DNA of 64,000 nt from Azolla caroliniana (Eukaryota; Plantae; Polypodiophyta). Location: NCBI GenBank assembly GCA_043228905.1, contig JBHGNT010000003.1, positions 1,984,001 to 2,048,000 on the forward strand, written 5' to 3'. Below are positions 37,051 through 49,560 of this stretch, one piece after another. Both the position numbers and the translations under genes were made by a program. Under the pieces are notes generated by a model that saw nothing but the letters and a program-made list of their open reading frames with translations, did no database searches and was not told the origin of the DNA. Each line of letters opens with the position of its first letter. Within the stretch, counting starts at the first letter, position 1.

Positions 37051-40000
37051 GGAAGCAGTAGCCCTTGCCAAGCGGACCAACAAGAAGGTAGCGGTGGTGC
37101 TACTAGATTTTGAGAAAGCATATGACAGGGTATGCTGGAACTTTCTAGAAAGTGTGATGAGGAAACTCGGCTTTCAAGAGACATGGATCAAAGGCATTGC
37201 AGGATTTTATAGGAATGGCAACATTTGCGTTTCGTTGGCAGGTGAAAGGGGCCCCTTTTTCCGAATATCCCGCTCTGTACGGCAGGGATGCCCACTAGCT
37301 CCATCCTTATTTCTATTATATACCGAAGCACTCTCTTGCTTTCTCAACTCGCGGCATCTCAACCTACGAGGTCTTCCCATACCTCATTCTTACCAAAGCA
37401 TCTTGGATATAGAATTTGCAGATGACACAACAGTCTACCTGCAAGGGGACCTGGAAAACCTCCAAAAGCTAGAAAGTGGGCTAGCTTTATTTTGCAAGAG
37501 ATCCAACGCCATGATCAATTGGCACAAATCTTGTGCAATATGGCTCTCTCAGGAAACACATCCGACGTGGCACCCACACCCTGCTTTCAAATGGATCAAT
37601 CAAGGAGCGAGCACCAAATATTTGGGCTTCCAAATTGGTTTCAACATACTGCCGGAGACTATGATTGCACCCGTTATCCTTTCCATTCGACAAAAGTTGA
37701 TACATTGGAGCTCGAAAAAATTGTCACTAGCAGGTCGCATCATAGTGGCAAATCAGGTACTCCTCGCAACAACATGGTACAGTCTATCATGCTGGACAAT
37801 CTCCAAGGAGAGTATACATCAGATTCAACGACTGGTCTGCAACTACATTTGGTCTGGTAAGGAAGACCATGTAGCTCGCGCCAAGGTGGCGTGGCCTATA
37901 CTCACAACGCCTAAGTCGAGAGGGGGATTGGGTCTTATTGATCCCCTTTCACAATCGAAAGCCTTAGTTGCCAAATTTGTGGTGCGAGGACTCCAACTAG
38001 GAAATGATTGTTGGAAAATGCTATTGAGGTTACGTTTCGCTTAATTTAGGCCACGAAAAGGGGTCAATTGGGCCCCCCAAACGGAATGGATTCTAAACAT
38101 GGATCTCAAACCTAGTTTCTCCCGACATTTGGAGGATAGATTTAGTGCATCCATGTGGAAGGCATGGCGTGACATTCGTCGAGGGCTCAAGTGTGATCAA
38201 CCGAGATCCGAACCTGCCTGGCTCAGTCAACGTATCCTATGGAACCCATGTCTCAAGGATGAATCTAATCAACTATTGGGATCATGTAAGGGGTTGTCAT
38301 GGGGATACATTGCAGAAGGTCCAGGCAAAAGTATAGAATGTTGGCGACGGTTTATGTCAATGCCACTACAAGATTAGGCGAACATACTCCATGGAATCAG
38401 GGGCGGATGGACTATGAGATCGGAAACCATTAAGGCTCTACTGATTAGGGAATCTGCTACTCAAAGGATGACAATGTAGAAATGGATAGGCCACGAGGAG
38501 GAGGGTTCTCTAATCCCGAGAGGTAGGGGATCACTAGACAGTCTCGAAGGCCCTGAATTGCGAGACACTGAGACACCAACACAGAATAATGCCATTTGAG
38601 TACTCGCGTACACTGGTCATAAATGGATTGTAGATCCTGATCCGATCAAAGTACAACCCGATTGGCATATATGTACTCATGAAAACACATGGCTATGTAA
38701 GGTCAGTTGGGACCCTTTGCAATGGACATGGCGTGATCCCTACGAGGGGCAAGGAAGCAAACCCATCCCTTTCTTCCAATTCACAACTAGATTGGGTCGC
38801 CACATTCTAGCTGCAAGCCGCCCGAGAATCGGTTGCTGCGAAGGTCTGGCACACATTTCAAGTTCCCTCCGCAATAATCACCAAGTTTTGGCAGAAAATC
38901 TGGAAGCAACAACACGCGAGGCGAATTACCACTTTCCAATAGCTGTTAATACATAAGTCCCTACCGGTGGGAGCATGGCAACATGGGAACCTTAGCTCTC
39001 CTAATTGTGTAGAGTGCCCACATGCAGTAGAATCCATATGACACGCTCTGTGGGACTGCCCAACGTCCAATCGAATATGGCAGAGGGTTGGCCACTTGTT
39101 GCAATTATGCCAGGTGCAAGGTTCAATCAAGTGGGGAAATATATGTTGGCTATCATGGCAGGCTGCAATTGGCCAATACGAGCATCAGGAGGAGGGGATG
39201 ACTTTGGTAATAAAAGCACAAGAGGTCCTTTTCTCCTCCAGCGGCAATGTCCACTCTATTCCTCTTAATGACAAATCTCAAGAGGTGTTGGAATTGGTCA
39301 GCCCAATAACCCTCTGGATTCTATGGAAACAACGATGTAGGCGAGTCTTCTCCACCCAAACCACCCATCCAACAAGGTTACTGCAAGAGATATGGAGTGA
39401 AATTGTAGCCACTCTGAAGAGCCAATATGATGGCCTTAAGGGTGGCTCCGAGGGAGTTGAAAGACAACGAATAGCCTTCATCCAACAATGGTCGTCCTCT
39501 CCCTTTCTTGAGTCAGTGGGCATCCACATAAGATGGAACTATCGCGTCCCTTTAAGGATTTGTACATAATCGTCTCATTTGTAAAATTTTATAACTAATG
39601 GAAGGAATTTTTTTTGGAAAAAAATAGAAAAAAGAAAAAAGAAGAAGTGTGTCTATTGCATGTTAAACAAGCATGGCTATTACATGTTGGACAAATGTCC
39701 CATGTATTATGAACTTATGAGCGTAAAAACTATCATGATTCATAGTTCGAACGGATTTGAAACCATGACCTCCTCAATGTACATCTTCTTAATTGCCACA
39801 CAACCTAGTTTATGGCACTAAACCAAGCAAACTAGAGGTTGCATGAATGTCAAGAAGGCACAACAATATGAGAGCTATATTAATGGTTCCATCAATTGAA
39901 AGTGGCCCTAATAACTTTGTGATACGAAAAATTGTCACTTTGCATGGTTGAAACGACATGATGTGCAATATTTCTACGATTTGCAAATTTTAGCCTTAAG

Positions 40001-41008
40001 TTCGTTAAGATTTATTCCAAGATTTGTTCCCTCTCATGCAACTTATACGGAAGAACCATTTATTATTTACATGGACTTTAGATGCAATAGGGTTGTTTAT
40101 GTCGTCCTCCATTTTAGCTTATGTTAATTTAGCCAACCCTTTCATCCACAAAACTATGTATTCAAAACTGTCAACATGATGATTGGTTTACTTTTCCATT
40201 TGTCAAATTTTCTTACAACAATTCAAGCTATTTTTCTACCAGGCATTCTCCCTTTGTAGCAAACACAAGTTGTCATCCTCATTAATAGACTATGCTAGAT
40301 GGGCAAGGAAAACAAATAAGTTTAGCACGAAGAAGAGGACAAACAATTAAATAAAGGAAACCTTCAACTAAGGTGAGTAATACTATACTACTTAATTTAC
40401 ATTAAGTCCACACAACCCTATGATTCATCCGACGACTTCTTAATGGTCAACAAAAGGAATGCCACTAAATTTCATGGATTAAGCACTTTGGAGGTGAAAA
40501 ACGTCACGGTTGTTTGTGATCCTGTTCATAATAACCTTTGAACTATGGTGATTGGGGGGTTTTGTAAGTGGCCCTATAGGCATTTGTCAAACTTCCAATG
40601 CGTTCTGTTGCCCAATTATTAGGATTCCTATTTGAGGTTGGGGTTTGTAATGTTAGCTTTATCTTGCGCAGATGTTCCTTCCACCCTCAAGTGTCTCTTC
40701 TAATGATTCAGTCCATTACTCGTTGGGAAATAAATGACATAAGAATTGGGTGCTATTATCCTTTTTCTTGTTGGCATGAGTTGTGGCCTAAGATGCAAGT
40801 TTCTTTTAAGACTCCCCATGGTAGTACTCTTGCATGGACAAATTATCCATTAACTTACCATTTTCTTAAAATAAATAAATTGTATATAACATATATGTAT
40901 AGAGACAGATAGGTAGATGTAGATGTATACATAATGCACATATCTATATATATTATGTTGATACTTTAAATAATTTTCTTTATTTTTGGCTACAACTAAC
41001 GAACTTAG

Positions 41009-41270
41009 TTTTTTTTTTTTTTTTTTCTTCCCAAAAACAAAATCCTTCCATTAGTTATAAATTTATAGCTAAGAATGCTATATACAAATCCTAGAAGGGA
41101 CTTGATAGTTCCATCTTATGTGGAGGCCCACTAACTCAAGAAAGGGAGAGGACAACCATTATTGGATGAAGGCTAATCGTTGTCTTTTGACTCCATCGAA
41201 CCCGCTATTGATATCATCGTATTGGCTCTTTAGCATGGCTACAACGTCACTCCATATCTCCTACAATAAT
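41009..41270 (-). mobile_element. Short 5'-truncated copy of the LINE-B 3' end with poly(A)
   Basis: Reverse complement matches about 39380-39620. The T-run at 41009-41026 is the poly(A) tail. Confidence 0.85.
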
Positions 41271-43110
41271 ATTAATCAGTGCACGGTTTCCTAATTTTCC
41301 CTTATCAAAATATTTTTCCTTTAAATTACACTTATGGGTACCTTTGCAAATTGTGTATTAGACAAAGGGTGTGTCTACTTGGAACTAACATATTGTCAAA
41401 CTTAGCATGTAAAAAGATCTCTAATGCATTCAAGGATTGTTAATAGTTATGTCATACATAGCTTCTAGATTACTATTGCTTCTTTCACCTTTTCTAAAAC
41501 CCTCGTAATGTCCTTTGACTTTCTAGAAGTACTTTGGACGCACTTTGAGTATTTCAAGCATCTAGAGCATTCTAGACTCTTCACACCTAGTTTCAATAGG
41601 GGAGACTCGAGGGTGATGTGAACGAACCCCTAGTGCTTGCTAACATGGTGAATGATATGGGATGTTATAATCTACTTGTGTGGTAAACGTCTCAAACTTT
41701 GGTTCTTGTCTTGAAAAATGCAACCTGTCTTAATCTAGAGGTGAAGTATTTGCCTTACATCAAATAATAAACATTGTACCAACGCTATTACAGTAGTTCA
41801 TATAGCGTTTATTTAAGTTGATTAACGAGACATCATATTCTTATATGAATAATATATATTTCAGAGAAAATTTTCCAAGAGCTTATCTCTACTGATTTAC
41901 ATATATGAGCATAAACCTTAAGTTTCATTTGATTGAAAATTATTCATGTGTCTAATCAGTAGCGAGTCCTATCATAGATGTATATTTTAATATTATAAGA
42001 TTGAGATAACATTTTATTAATGAGAACATCTTAAGGTATAGTATGTGTAAACACCATAAGCACTGAGTTACTTTGGTGTATTACTAAGATTTAAAGGGAA
42101 ACAAGTTTTCTTATTTTCCAAAATTGCTCACACATGCTTGTTCTATGTTGAGAACCTTATGCATATGAAAGTTAAAACTAAATACAATATTAAGACATTT
42201 CCCAAGGAATATACAACACGTAAATTATTTAGAGAAAAATTGAATTTGGATAAGTAAACATATTAATTAATGTAAGTTGTAACTATAAAACTATTTCACA
42301 ATTATGTTAATTACTAATAATAAGCTTTTGAAATGTTGAAGGTGTAGTAATGAGCTTAATCTTAATTTTCATATGATTTGGGGCACCATGCATATAAAGA
42401 CCAATTCGAATATGGTAGTACATGTGACCTTGACCATTAGGAAAGTGAAATAGAATTGAGTGTGTAAATTTTAGTACTCGATGCTCTCATAGACGTCATG
42501 TTGTACTTATTTATCATCTCCCCCTTAATTGATGAACTTAAAAAGCAATTGGAATATCTAATGACCCAATTTGAAAATAGAGCAGGAATTCCATGTCTTT
42601 AGGCAGAAGAAAAGCTGTCACAAAATACAAGTGTCACATAGAAAAATGTGTGATGTTTATGTAGTGTACTGACCTTATGTTGAAATCACGATGCTAGTTG
42701 TCATATAATGCTTATGTATTTGTGATTCCATAATATGTAACAATATATGAATCTTACAAAACTATAGTAGCAAGTATTTAAACATGTTTCCGTTATAAAC
42801 CAAGTATTATAATGATATTGTTCTTGTAATTGAACTCAAATTACAAAACATATATTTTCATGTCCAAACCATGAAAACATAGATAATCTAAAATTCTTCT
42901 ATTGTTGGTTATAACTTATACCCATTCTTAGGGGGTATACAATCTCGGCTTCCCACCAAAAACTAATGAAACATGATTCTCATGCTTCTTGTGGGAAATA
43001 CATAAAAATGGGTGGCATTCTCATAAGTGGGGGCAAACTTTTTTTATTGTGTTTGTGATTTTACCTTACTTTGTATTTTCCTTGTATGTTTTATATGTGT
43101 TGTGTTAACT

Positions 43111-43500
43111 CTTTTTTTTTCCAAAAAAAAACTCATTCCATTAGTTATAAAATTTTACAAACTCCTTCCATTAGTTACTAATCTTATGTGGATGCCCACT
43201 GACTCAAAAAAGGGAAAGGACGACCATTGTTGGATGAAGGCTATTCATTGTCTTTCAACTCCATTGGAGCCCCCCTTGAGGCCATCATATTGGCTCTTTA
43301 GAGTGGCTACAATTTCACTCCATATCTCTTGCAATAACCTTGTTGGATGCGCGGTTTGGTTGGAGAAGACTTGTCTACACCGTTGTTTCCATAGAATCCA
43401 AAGAGTTAATTGGGTTGACCAATTCCAACACAACTTGAGATTTGTCATTAAGAGAACTTGAGTGGACATTGCCGCTGGAGGAGAAAAAACCTCATGTGTT
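43111..43500 (-). mobile_element. 5'-truncated copy of the LINE-B 3' end
   Basis: Encodes TLWILWKQRCRQVFSNQTAHPTRLLQEIWSEIVATLKSQYDGLKGG, nearly identical to ORF 39096-39569. Confidence 0.92.
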
Positions 43501-44564
43501 AACTCTTTAACCTTCATTCAGATTATTACAACAATGATACATATACTAATCTAGCGATGAAGTATAATGTGTGCACATTTGTTCAAACATAAACCATGTC
43601 ATTTTCCATACATTTCCTATCTTCGTAAATATATCTAAATCAAATGATTTGATGTTTAACATCTAGTGTAATGTACTACGTTTACTAGAAGAATGAAGGG
43701 ATAGCTTTGCGCATGTGTAAAGTATTTACTACCATATCACACGTTCCTTTTCTTGACGCACATGCTCTTAATCACATGGCCCTTTAATACATTCATAATA
43801 TTAAGCAAATACCGTTTGGACACTTAAAAAAGAATTTATCATGTTCGCATTAATCATAGACGCTTGCATTTGCAATGCCTTTCACTGATAGTGTTCTTTT
43901 TCGTTTAATATACAATTCAATGTTCTTACTGTTTTAACATTGTGTGGCATGGGTCGAGGCTACTAAAATAGTTCAAAAACAGGATTCCCAAGAATAATAA
44001 GTTCAATCAATAAATTACGCCCACCATTGTTGTCATAATATAACCTCAACACAATTTATGCCATTGAGAAAGGTGGCAACATAGAATTAGGAGGTCTTTA
44101 CGGTTCAAGAAATAGTGAGTGACAGGTGCTCTCAAATTTTACCAATACTTGTCGCTTTATTATTTCTTCCACCTCTCTTTCTGTGTTTTACTCATATTTT
44201 TTTCGTCAAAAGATATTCCAAGGTGTTTCACTAGCTACTTTTCTTATATATGTTTCAATAGCTTTTCTTTTTTCTGACATCCTTCATCTGTGACAAACTT
44301 CAATGGCTTAAACTATAGTATAAAAAAAGCTTTCACAAACAAGGTTTCAATCCTAATCAAACATCGTAGTCGTTGGATCCTATCACCTCGTCGATAATCA
44401 AACATAGTTTTAAAAAAAGTTACTTCCCTCCATGATACATCTATTAATATCATTCTGACCCTTTAATCTTACCACACCTTTCCTTCACAATCTATGTTTT
44501 GTTCTTAAATATCTAAAATGATCCCTCTTGATGCGATGATTATTAGCTTATTTTTTTGTTGATT

Positions 44565-44685
44565 CCTTTGTACATGCTGGTCTCGTTGTAGCCATACAAG
44601 TTATGAAAGATACGAGTTGCTGTATATTATCTTATGTACATTGACTTAACTAATGGAAGTAGTATATTTTTGGAAAAAAAGAAAA
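44565..44685 (+). mobile_element. 3'-UTR-only fragment of LINE-C
   Basis: TTGTAGCCAT...TGTATATTATC.TATGTAC...CTTAACTAATGGAAGTAG matches the reverse complement of 49063-49170. Confidence 0.7.
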
Positions 44686-45695
44686 TATATATCTAAAATG
44701 TATATCACAAAAGAACATTCGATATTCCCCAACTAATAATCTAAGCTAGAGTTTGATACAAACTTGGAATCTTAAAATAATGATGTATTCCAATCTATGT
44801 AACACTTTATATACATTTACAACAATTATGGATATGAGTAGATAACGGATTAAAAAAATACTTAATTGAATATGTGAATTCAATTTAGTAAAACAACAAT
44901 GTCGATCAATTGTGGACCAAGACAATACCCCGCACCACAAAAATCCATAAATATACGTATACTTATGTGGATTTATGGACCTACCTCATTTTAAATTCCT
45001 TGTAAATACTTACTATTTTTTGGGTGTTGACACTATGAGGTGTTGTTCATGCACTAGTTGATTTCAAGTGGTTTCCTTAATGCTACTCAAGAGAGACACA
45101 ATAGGTTTTCCCTTCTCCCCGTTAACCTACCACATGTTGAACTTAGGCAACTCGTTCATCTCATTTACCATTACCATGGAAGGACAAGGTATGGTTTATC
45201 TCATTTTTGTTTGTTCCAGTTAAAATTTATGTGGTTTTAAAAGACTAGACTTTGAGCCAAGCTAGTATATGTCAGTAGTTTGAGCTCCTTCGGTTTCTTT
45301 CGATTGGAAATTAATGAACTTGCTCAACAGAGGTTTGGCTTGCATATTGAGGTTCTTCTCCATTGGTTCTAGGATTTTATTTTGTATGTTGTTGAAATTT
45401 TTATTTCTATTCCTTTTGATGTAAGCTTTGCTATTTGTTTCATGGTATTGTTTTAATTTAAGTTTTCAATTTTCCAATTCTCTTGAATATCATACTCTTC
45501 GGTTCTACTTTGTTTCCCCACACGGGTGACATGTGCATTTAGTGTTATGGTGTGCAGACGATAATGTCTTCCTGTTGTTTGCAGGTCTGACCCGGGGCCC
45601 GCACATAAGGCTTGCCAAACGCCTTTTTTCCTTCAAATTTTTGAAAGTCACTAAGATTGAGGACATTGTTTGAACAATGTCTTATTATGTCATGT

Positions 45696-46113
45696 TAACA
45701 ATCGGCAATGGTTCAGTTCGGTTCGAGAGTGTCCAAACCGAACCTTTCAAATGTTTTGAAACCTGAACCGAACTGAACCATGAAACAGTTTAAACTGAAC
45801 AGTTAGGTTAAACCATAAAACTGCTAAAACCGCAATTTCGTGGTTCGCTTTCGGTTTTCTACTTAGGTCAAAATTCAAATTCAAAATTAAATTTTTTAAT
45901 TTTTTTTTAAAAATTTAAAGTTTTTTCCTAAAATGTGAGAATTAGGCTTAAAAATGGAATTTAAGTTGTTTTAAAAAAAAAAATTAAAAAAATAAAAAAA
46001 AAATAAAAACCATCAAACCATTTTTACGCGGTTTCAAACCTTTAAAACCGAACCGAACCAAACCATTAAAAAAAACTTGAACCTAAAACAAACCGAACCG
46101 TTGCTGATTGTTA
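45696..46113. mobile_element. hAT-family MITE (418 bp) with 8-bp TSD TGTCATGT
   Basis: Imperfect TIRs TAACAATCGGCAATGGTTC / GAACCGTTGCTGATTGTTA, TSD at 45688-45695 and 46114-46121, subterminal AACCG repeats and an AT-rich core. Confidence 0.9.
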
Positions 46114-46665
46114 TGTCATGTCCTAGTTGTCGCCATCTTAGGTCTAATTTGGTTTTTTTGTCCTTTCTTCGTTGTTTGAAAAGACAAACCTACAATCACA
46201 TCATGCTTCAATTTTATTTGGTGTAATTGGTAAATGGAGAGTGGTTTTGACATTAAAGAAGCCTTTTGAGTTGCAACAAACCATTGAAATAATTTATATT
46301 GGCAAATAGTTACAAGTTATAACACATTTCTTAGTAATACATATTTCATAGTCATCTAGTCAATGAAAAGGTTAATTCAAAATTTTTTTAGCAATAAGGA
46401 AAGTGATACCATAAGAAAAGTATGTCATTTCATGTAGACTTATTTATCTTGAAATAGATCGATCGTGTAAATTCTTGTTCGGCTATAGAACAATGTTATA
46501 AAAAATTGAATATCGGTGTTGTTTTTTGTGTTAACATCCATCATGATTCAAACATTTCACCATTGTCATTGAATATCACAATTTATTACAATTGAAGCCG
46601 GTCATGAATTTAAGGGCATGGCCCATGGGTCATCTTTATTGGAACTTTGGAGTTGAATGTGAGCA

Positions 46666-47119
46666 TGTTAGAGATTAATCCTAATATAAGCATGAAATAA
46701 GGAAATATAAGGTAGGAAGATAGAGAGGGAGAGAGAAGGAAGGGCGCCGATCCACCCGACCGCCCACGAGCGAAGGGATCGAGACAGACTCGAGCTTTGA
46801 TTGGTGTCCCATACCATCGTCATGGCATGGAGTTGTACCTGGTACTGGCGTACTCGCTACAAGAGTTTTATCACCACACGATCACAATCTTAACATAGTC
46901 AAATGATGTCCTAATGAGGGTAGCTAGGCCTCATATTTATAGCTAGTCTTAAGGTCCCCAAACAAGTTCACACTTGGCCCTTATGGGTTGTCTCAATTCC
47001 TAGAATTAAAAGTAATCCTCCCTTCTTTACACTCTCGATTAACACTCACACTTCATCCTTGTGTGTAGAACACTATGATACAACTTACCACGGGATAAAT
47101 TATAGTCATGCATGTAACA
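46666..47119 (-). mobile_element. Solo LTR (454 bp) with TSD GAGCA
   Basis: TGTTA...TAACA termini, GAGCA at 46661-46665 and 47120-47124, and minus-strand CTATAAATA near 46935. Orientation is inferred from the TATA. Confidence 0.85.
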
Positions 47120-47654
47120 GAGCATGACGACCTTTTGTTTTCCAAAACTTTAGAATTAAAGAGTGAAAATGAGTAATGTCACAAATGTTTAGCTTCTTTT
47201 TCAACACGATAACATAACATTTTTCTCAATGCATTTGGTATACAATATGGAGGATCAATCCGCCGCACTATTTCTCAAAGAAGGAAAACATATACATGTG
47301 AATCTATGCTAAATCTAGTCAATTTGTGCAAAAGGTTAATGGAATTAAATTAAACTTCAACACTGTCCTGAACATGAACTTTGGGACTATTCGGCACAAT
47401 CAACTAAAACCTTCACAAGATTAGGAAAAATCACATTGTTGTTATCATCGAGAACATAGAGTGAAAATTAAAGTTAAAGTTGTGGAGCCTTCACATCATA
47501 GGATAAACAAGTACAACATGTTTCGAGATTATTACGTAAGAAAACATCTCCATTGTGAACTTTTTTAATTCTAAAGTCATGTGATAAATGATAATATTGA
47601 ACTTGGAAGATTTGATATATGTTAGAGCGAGAAAATCAATTATAATCAAATTTG

Positions 47655-48574
47655 TCATTTTTTAGAAGTGAGGGTAACCAAGAGTGGAACAACAATAACG
47701 AGGATAATGATAAAGAGGATGAGAATGACTATGCATGTCCACCTTCTAGTGCTTAATTGAAGCTTTCTAGCATTGTGAAGTCTTTCAGTTCCTCTTGCAA
47801 CAAATGATGAGGCATTTTGGACATTAGCTCCGATGTTATTAAGTTGTTCGCCTTGGGTCTCAACAAGAACATTCGTGTCCATAAAGATTTGATGCAATTA
47901 TATGTCTTTCATGGATCTCCTTGATGGCTTCAATGATATGGCCCCTCCCTTGGTCTTGTATAGCTCGTTGTATTAGTGTCTTGCTCTCCCCTGTCTCAAT
48001 TATATGATCAATGGTCTCCATATAAGGTTGAATGCCAGTGATGACAAAGTATTGATGCTCATAGTTTCTTGATAGTTAGATGCCATATTTTTTCTAAGTT
48101 AGCATTTGGAAGTCATTCATGAGATCAACTAGAGCTTGCTGTGAACCGTTTCTTACTGAGACACGTGATCTGTCGGTAGCGGATCCAAGTCCACACCCAG
48201 GGATCTTATGGTTAATAACATTGGCCTTGTCAAGTTCTTCAAGTTTGACCTTAATAAGCCTTGCTCTCTTCAAAATATTAAGAATAGCTTGATTCATGTG
48301 ATATCGTACATCTTTCATGTCCATAGCTTTGGTTACATTTTTGCTCTCTTCTTTCAATCCTTGGAGCTCATTAAGCTTCTTTGTAACCTTACCCATTTCA
48401 TCCTTCACCTCTTTAACTTCTTCAAAGAATTGCCTCAAATTTCACTCATTCTCATAACCATAGGTTATCATCTCTAGTGTTTGTTTTCCACTCTCTAGAT
48501 CTCCTCCATCTCCTTCATTGAGATCTATGTAACTCTTTTTACCACTTATCCAAGAATTTAAGAATTTTATTCAT
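47655..48574 (-). pseudogene. Intronless SYP1-type (SYP12/13-like) Qa-SNARE syntaxin pseudogene
   Basis: KSYIDL..DLESG, FFEEVKEVK, IKVKLEELDKAN, PGCGLGSATDRSR, IETGES, QGRG, LHQIFMD..VLVETQGEQLNNI and a C-terminal TM segment. There is a stop at 48094-48096, frameshifts and a short deletion near 47900. Confidence 0.88.
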
Positions 48575-49062
48575 GATTTTCTGCCATTTGAAATCATAAA
48601 TGATGCGCAAAAGTATACGTTTGATGAGATTTCAAACAAGTGAATTATTGGGTAGAAGTATACCCATATTTACTAGTTCAATATATGTTAGGTTCTATGC
48701 CATAGTCATGGTTATACGTTGATACTTTTGAATAAAAACTATGCCACGACTCTCTTAAATAGGATACAAATTACAATGGGGTCAAAGTTCAAAGTCGTGA
48801 ATTTGAAGATCTCCCTACCAATTCATTATTAGAAAGATGGAATCGAAATAAATGAACTGTTTTTATATCCTCTCCACACCCTCCATATTTTCTTTTATAC
48901 ATGACCTTATGACACTATTATGAAAGTATCCTTGTATCAATTCATTAACAAAGTTGGGGAATAGAAATAAAATTGAAAGGAATTAGTATCCAAGACTAAT
49001 TGATTGCATTGAATCCAAGCTTCCAACATACCAATATATGTATATATATATATATATATATA

Positions 49063-49560
49063 TTCCAAAAAAATTCTACTTCCATTAGTTAAGAAAAAGT
49101 ACATAGGATAATATACAACTCATATGTTACAAGCCACTTTGCAATGGCTACAAGAAAACATCATGTATAAATGAAGCAACAAAGCCTCAACACAGAATTA
49201 CTCGACAGACTCCCCTCAACATGAGCCTCCCACAACCCACATTTAACAAAGACACCATCCAATCTCTTCACAATTTAGCACCTACCTCTATGTTTGGTAC
49301 CCTAGGAGGAAACAACCACCTGGGTGGCTGATAAGTCCAATTTGCATTGTCATCCACCATCTGTAGCATCGGAGAACCTCTCCATTTAAGAAGGATGCGG
49401 TATCTAGCTTCTTCACTCGCATAAGAGGGCCCCTCAAGGTTGTCAAACTTTCCTTGTAGCGTAGACATTAGATTAAACCAAATCATCATTAAACTCTCAG
49501 CCGATGGGGTTCGCTTCCCGGTAAACGACTCCTTGCACCTAGATACCCACACTTGCCGAT
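49063..49560 (-). mobile_element. LINE-C 3' end (ORF2 C-terminus plus 3' UTR)
   Basis: WVSRCKESF..IWFNLMSTLQGKFDNLEG..W..SP..WTYQPP is homologous to the LINE-B C-terminus. It ends at the shared terminal motif next to (TA)n. Confidence 0.8.

Larger units (their letters stand above)
28955..39640 (+). mobile_element. LINE-B (L1/Tx1-like), 5'-truncated, split into about 28955-29043, 29907-31215 and 37051-39640
   Basis: EN motifs FMNVYAPN/NITE..WCIGGDFNMIE join across the solo LTR. RT motifs QTGFVRNRSILDNLFSFWE/AVALAK..LLDFEKAYDRV join across Copia-3, followed by RQGCPLAP and FADD. A Cys/His motif lies near 39.0 kb and an A-rich tail at about 39618-39640. Confidence 0.93.

Noticed and set aside
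12723-48574. Functional cluster of BOP-like, LRX and syntaxin genes
   Set aside because: Two of the three are pseudogenes separated by TE blocks, and nothing in the sequence supports co-regulation.
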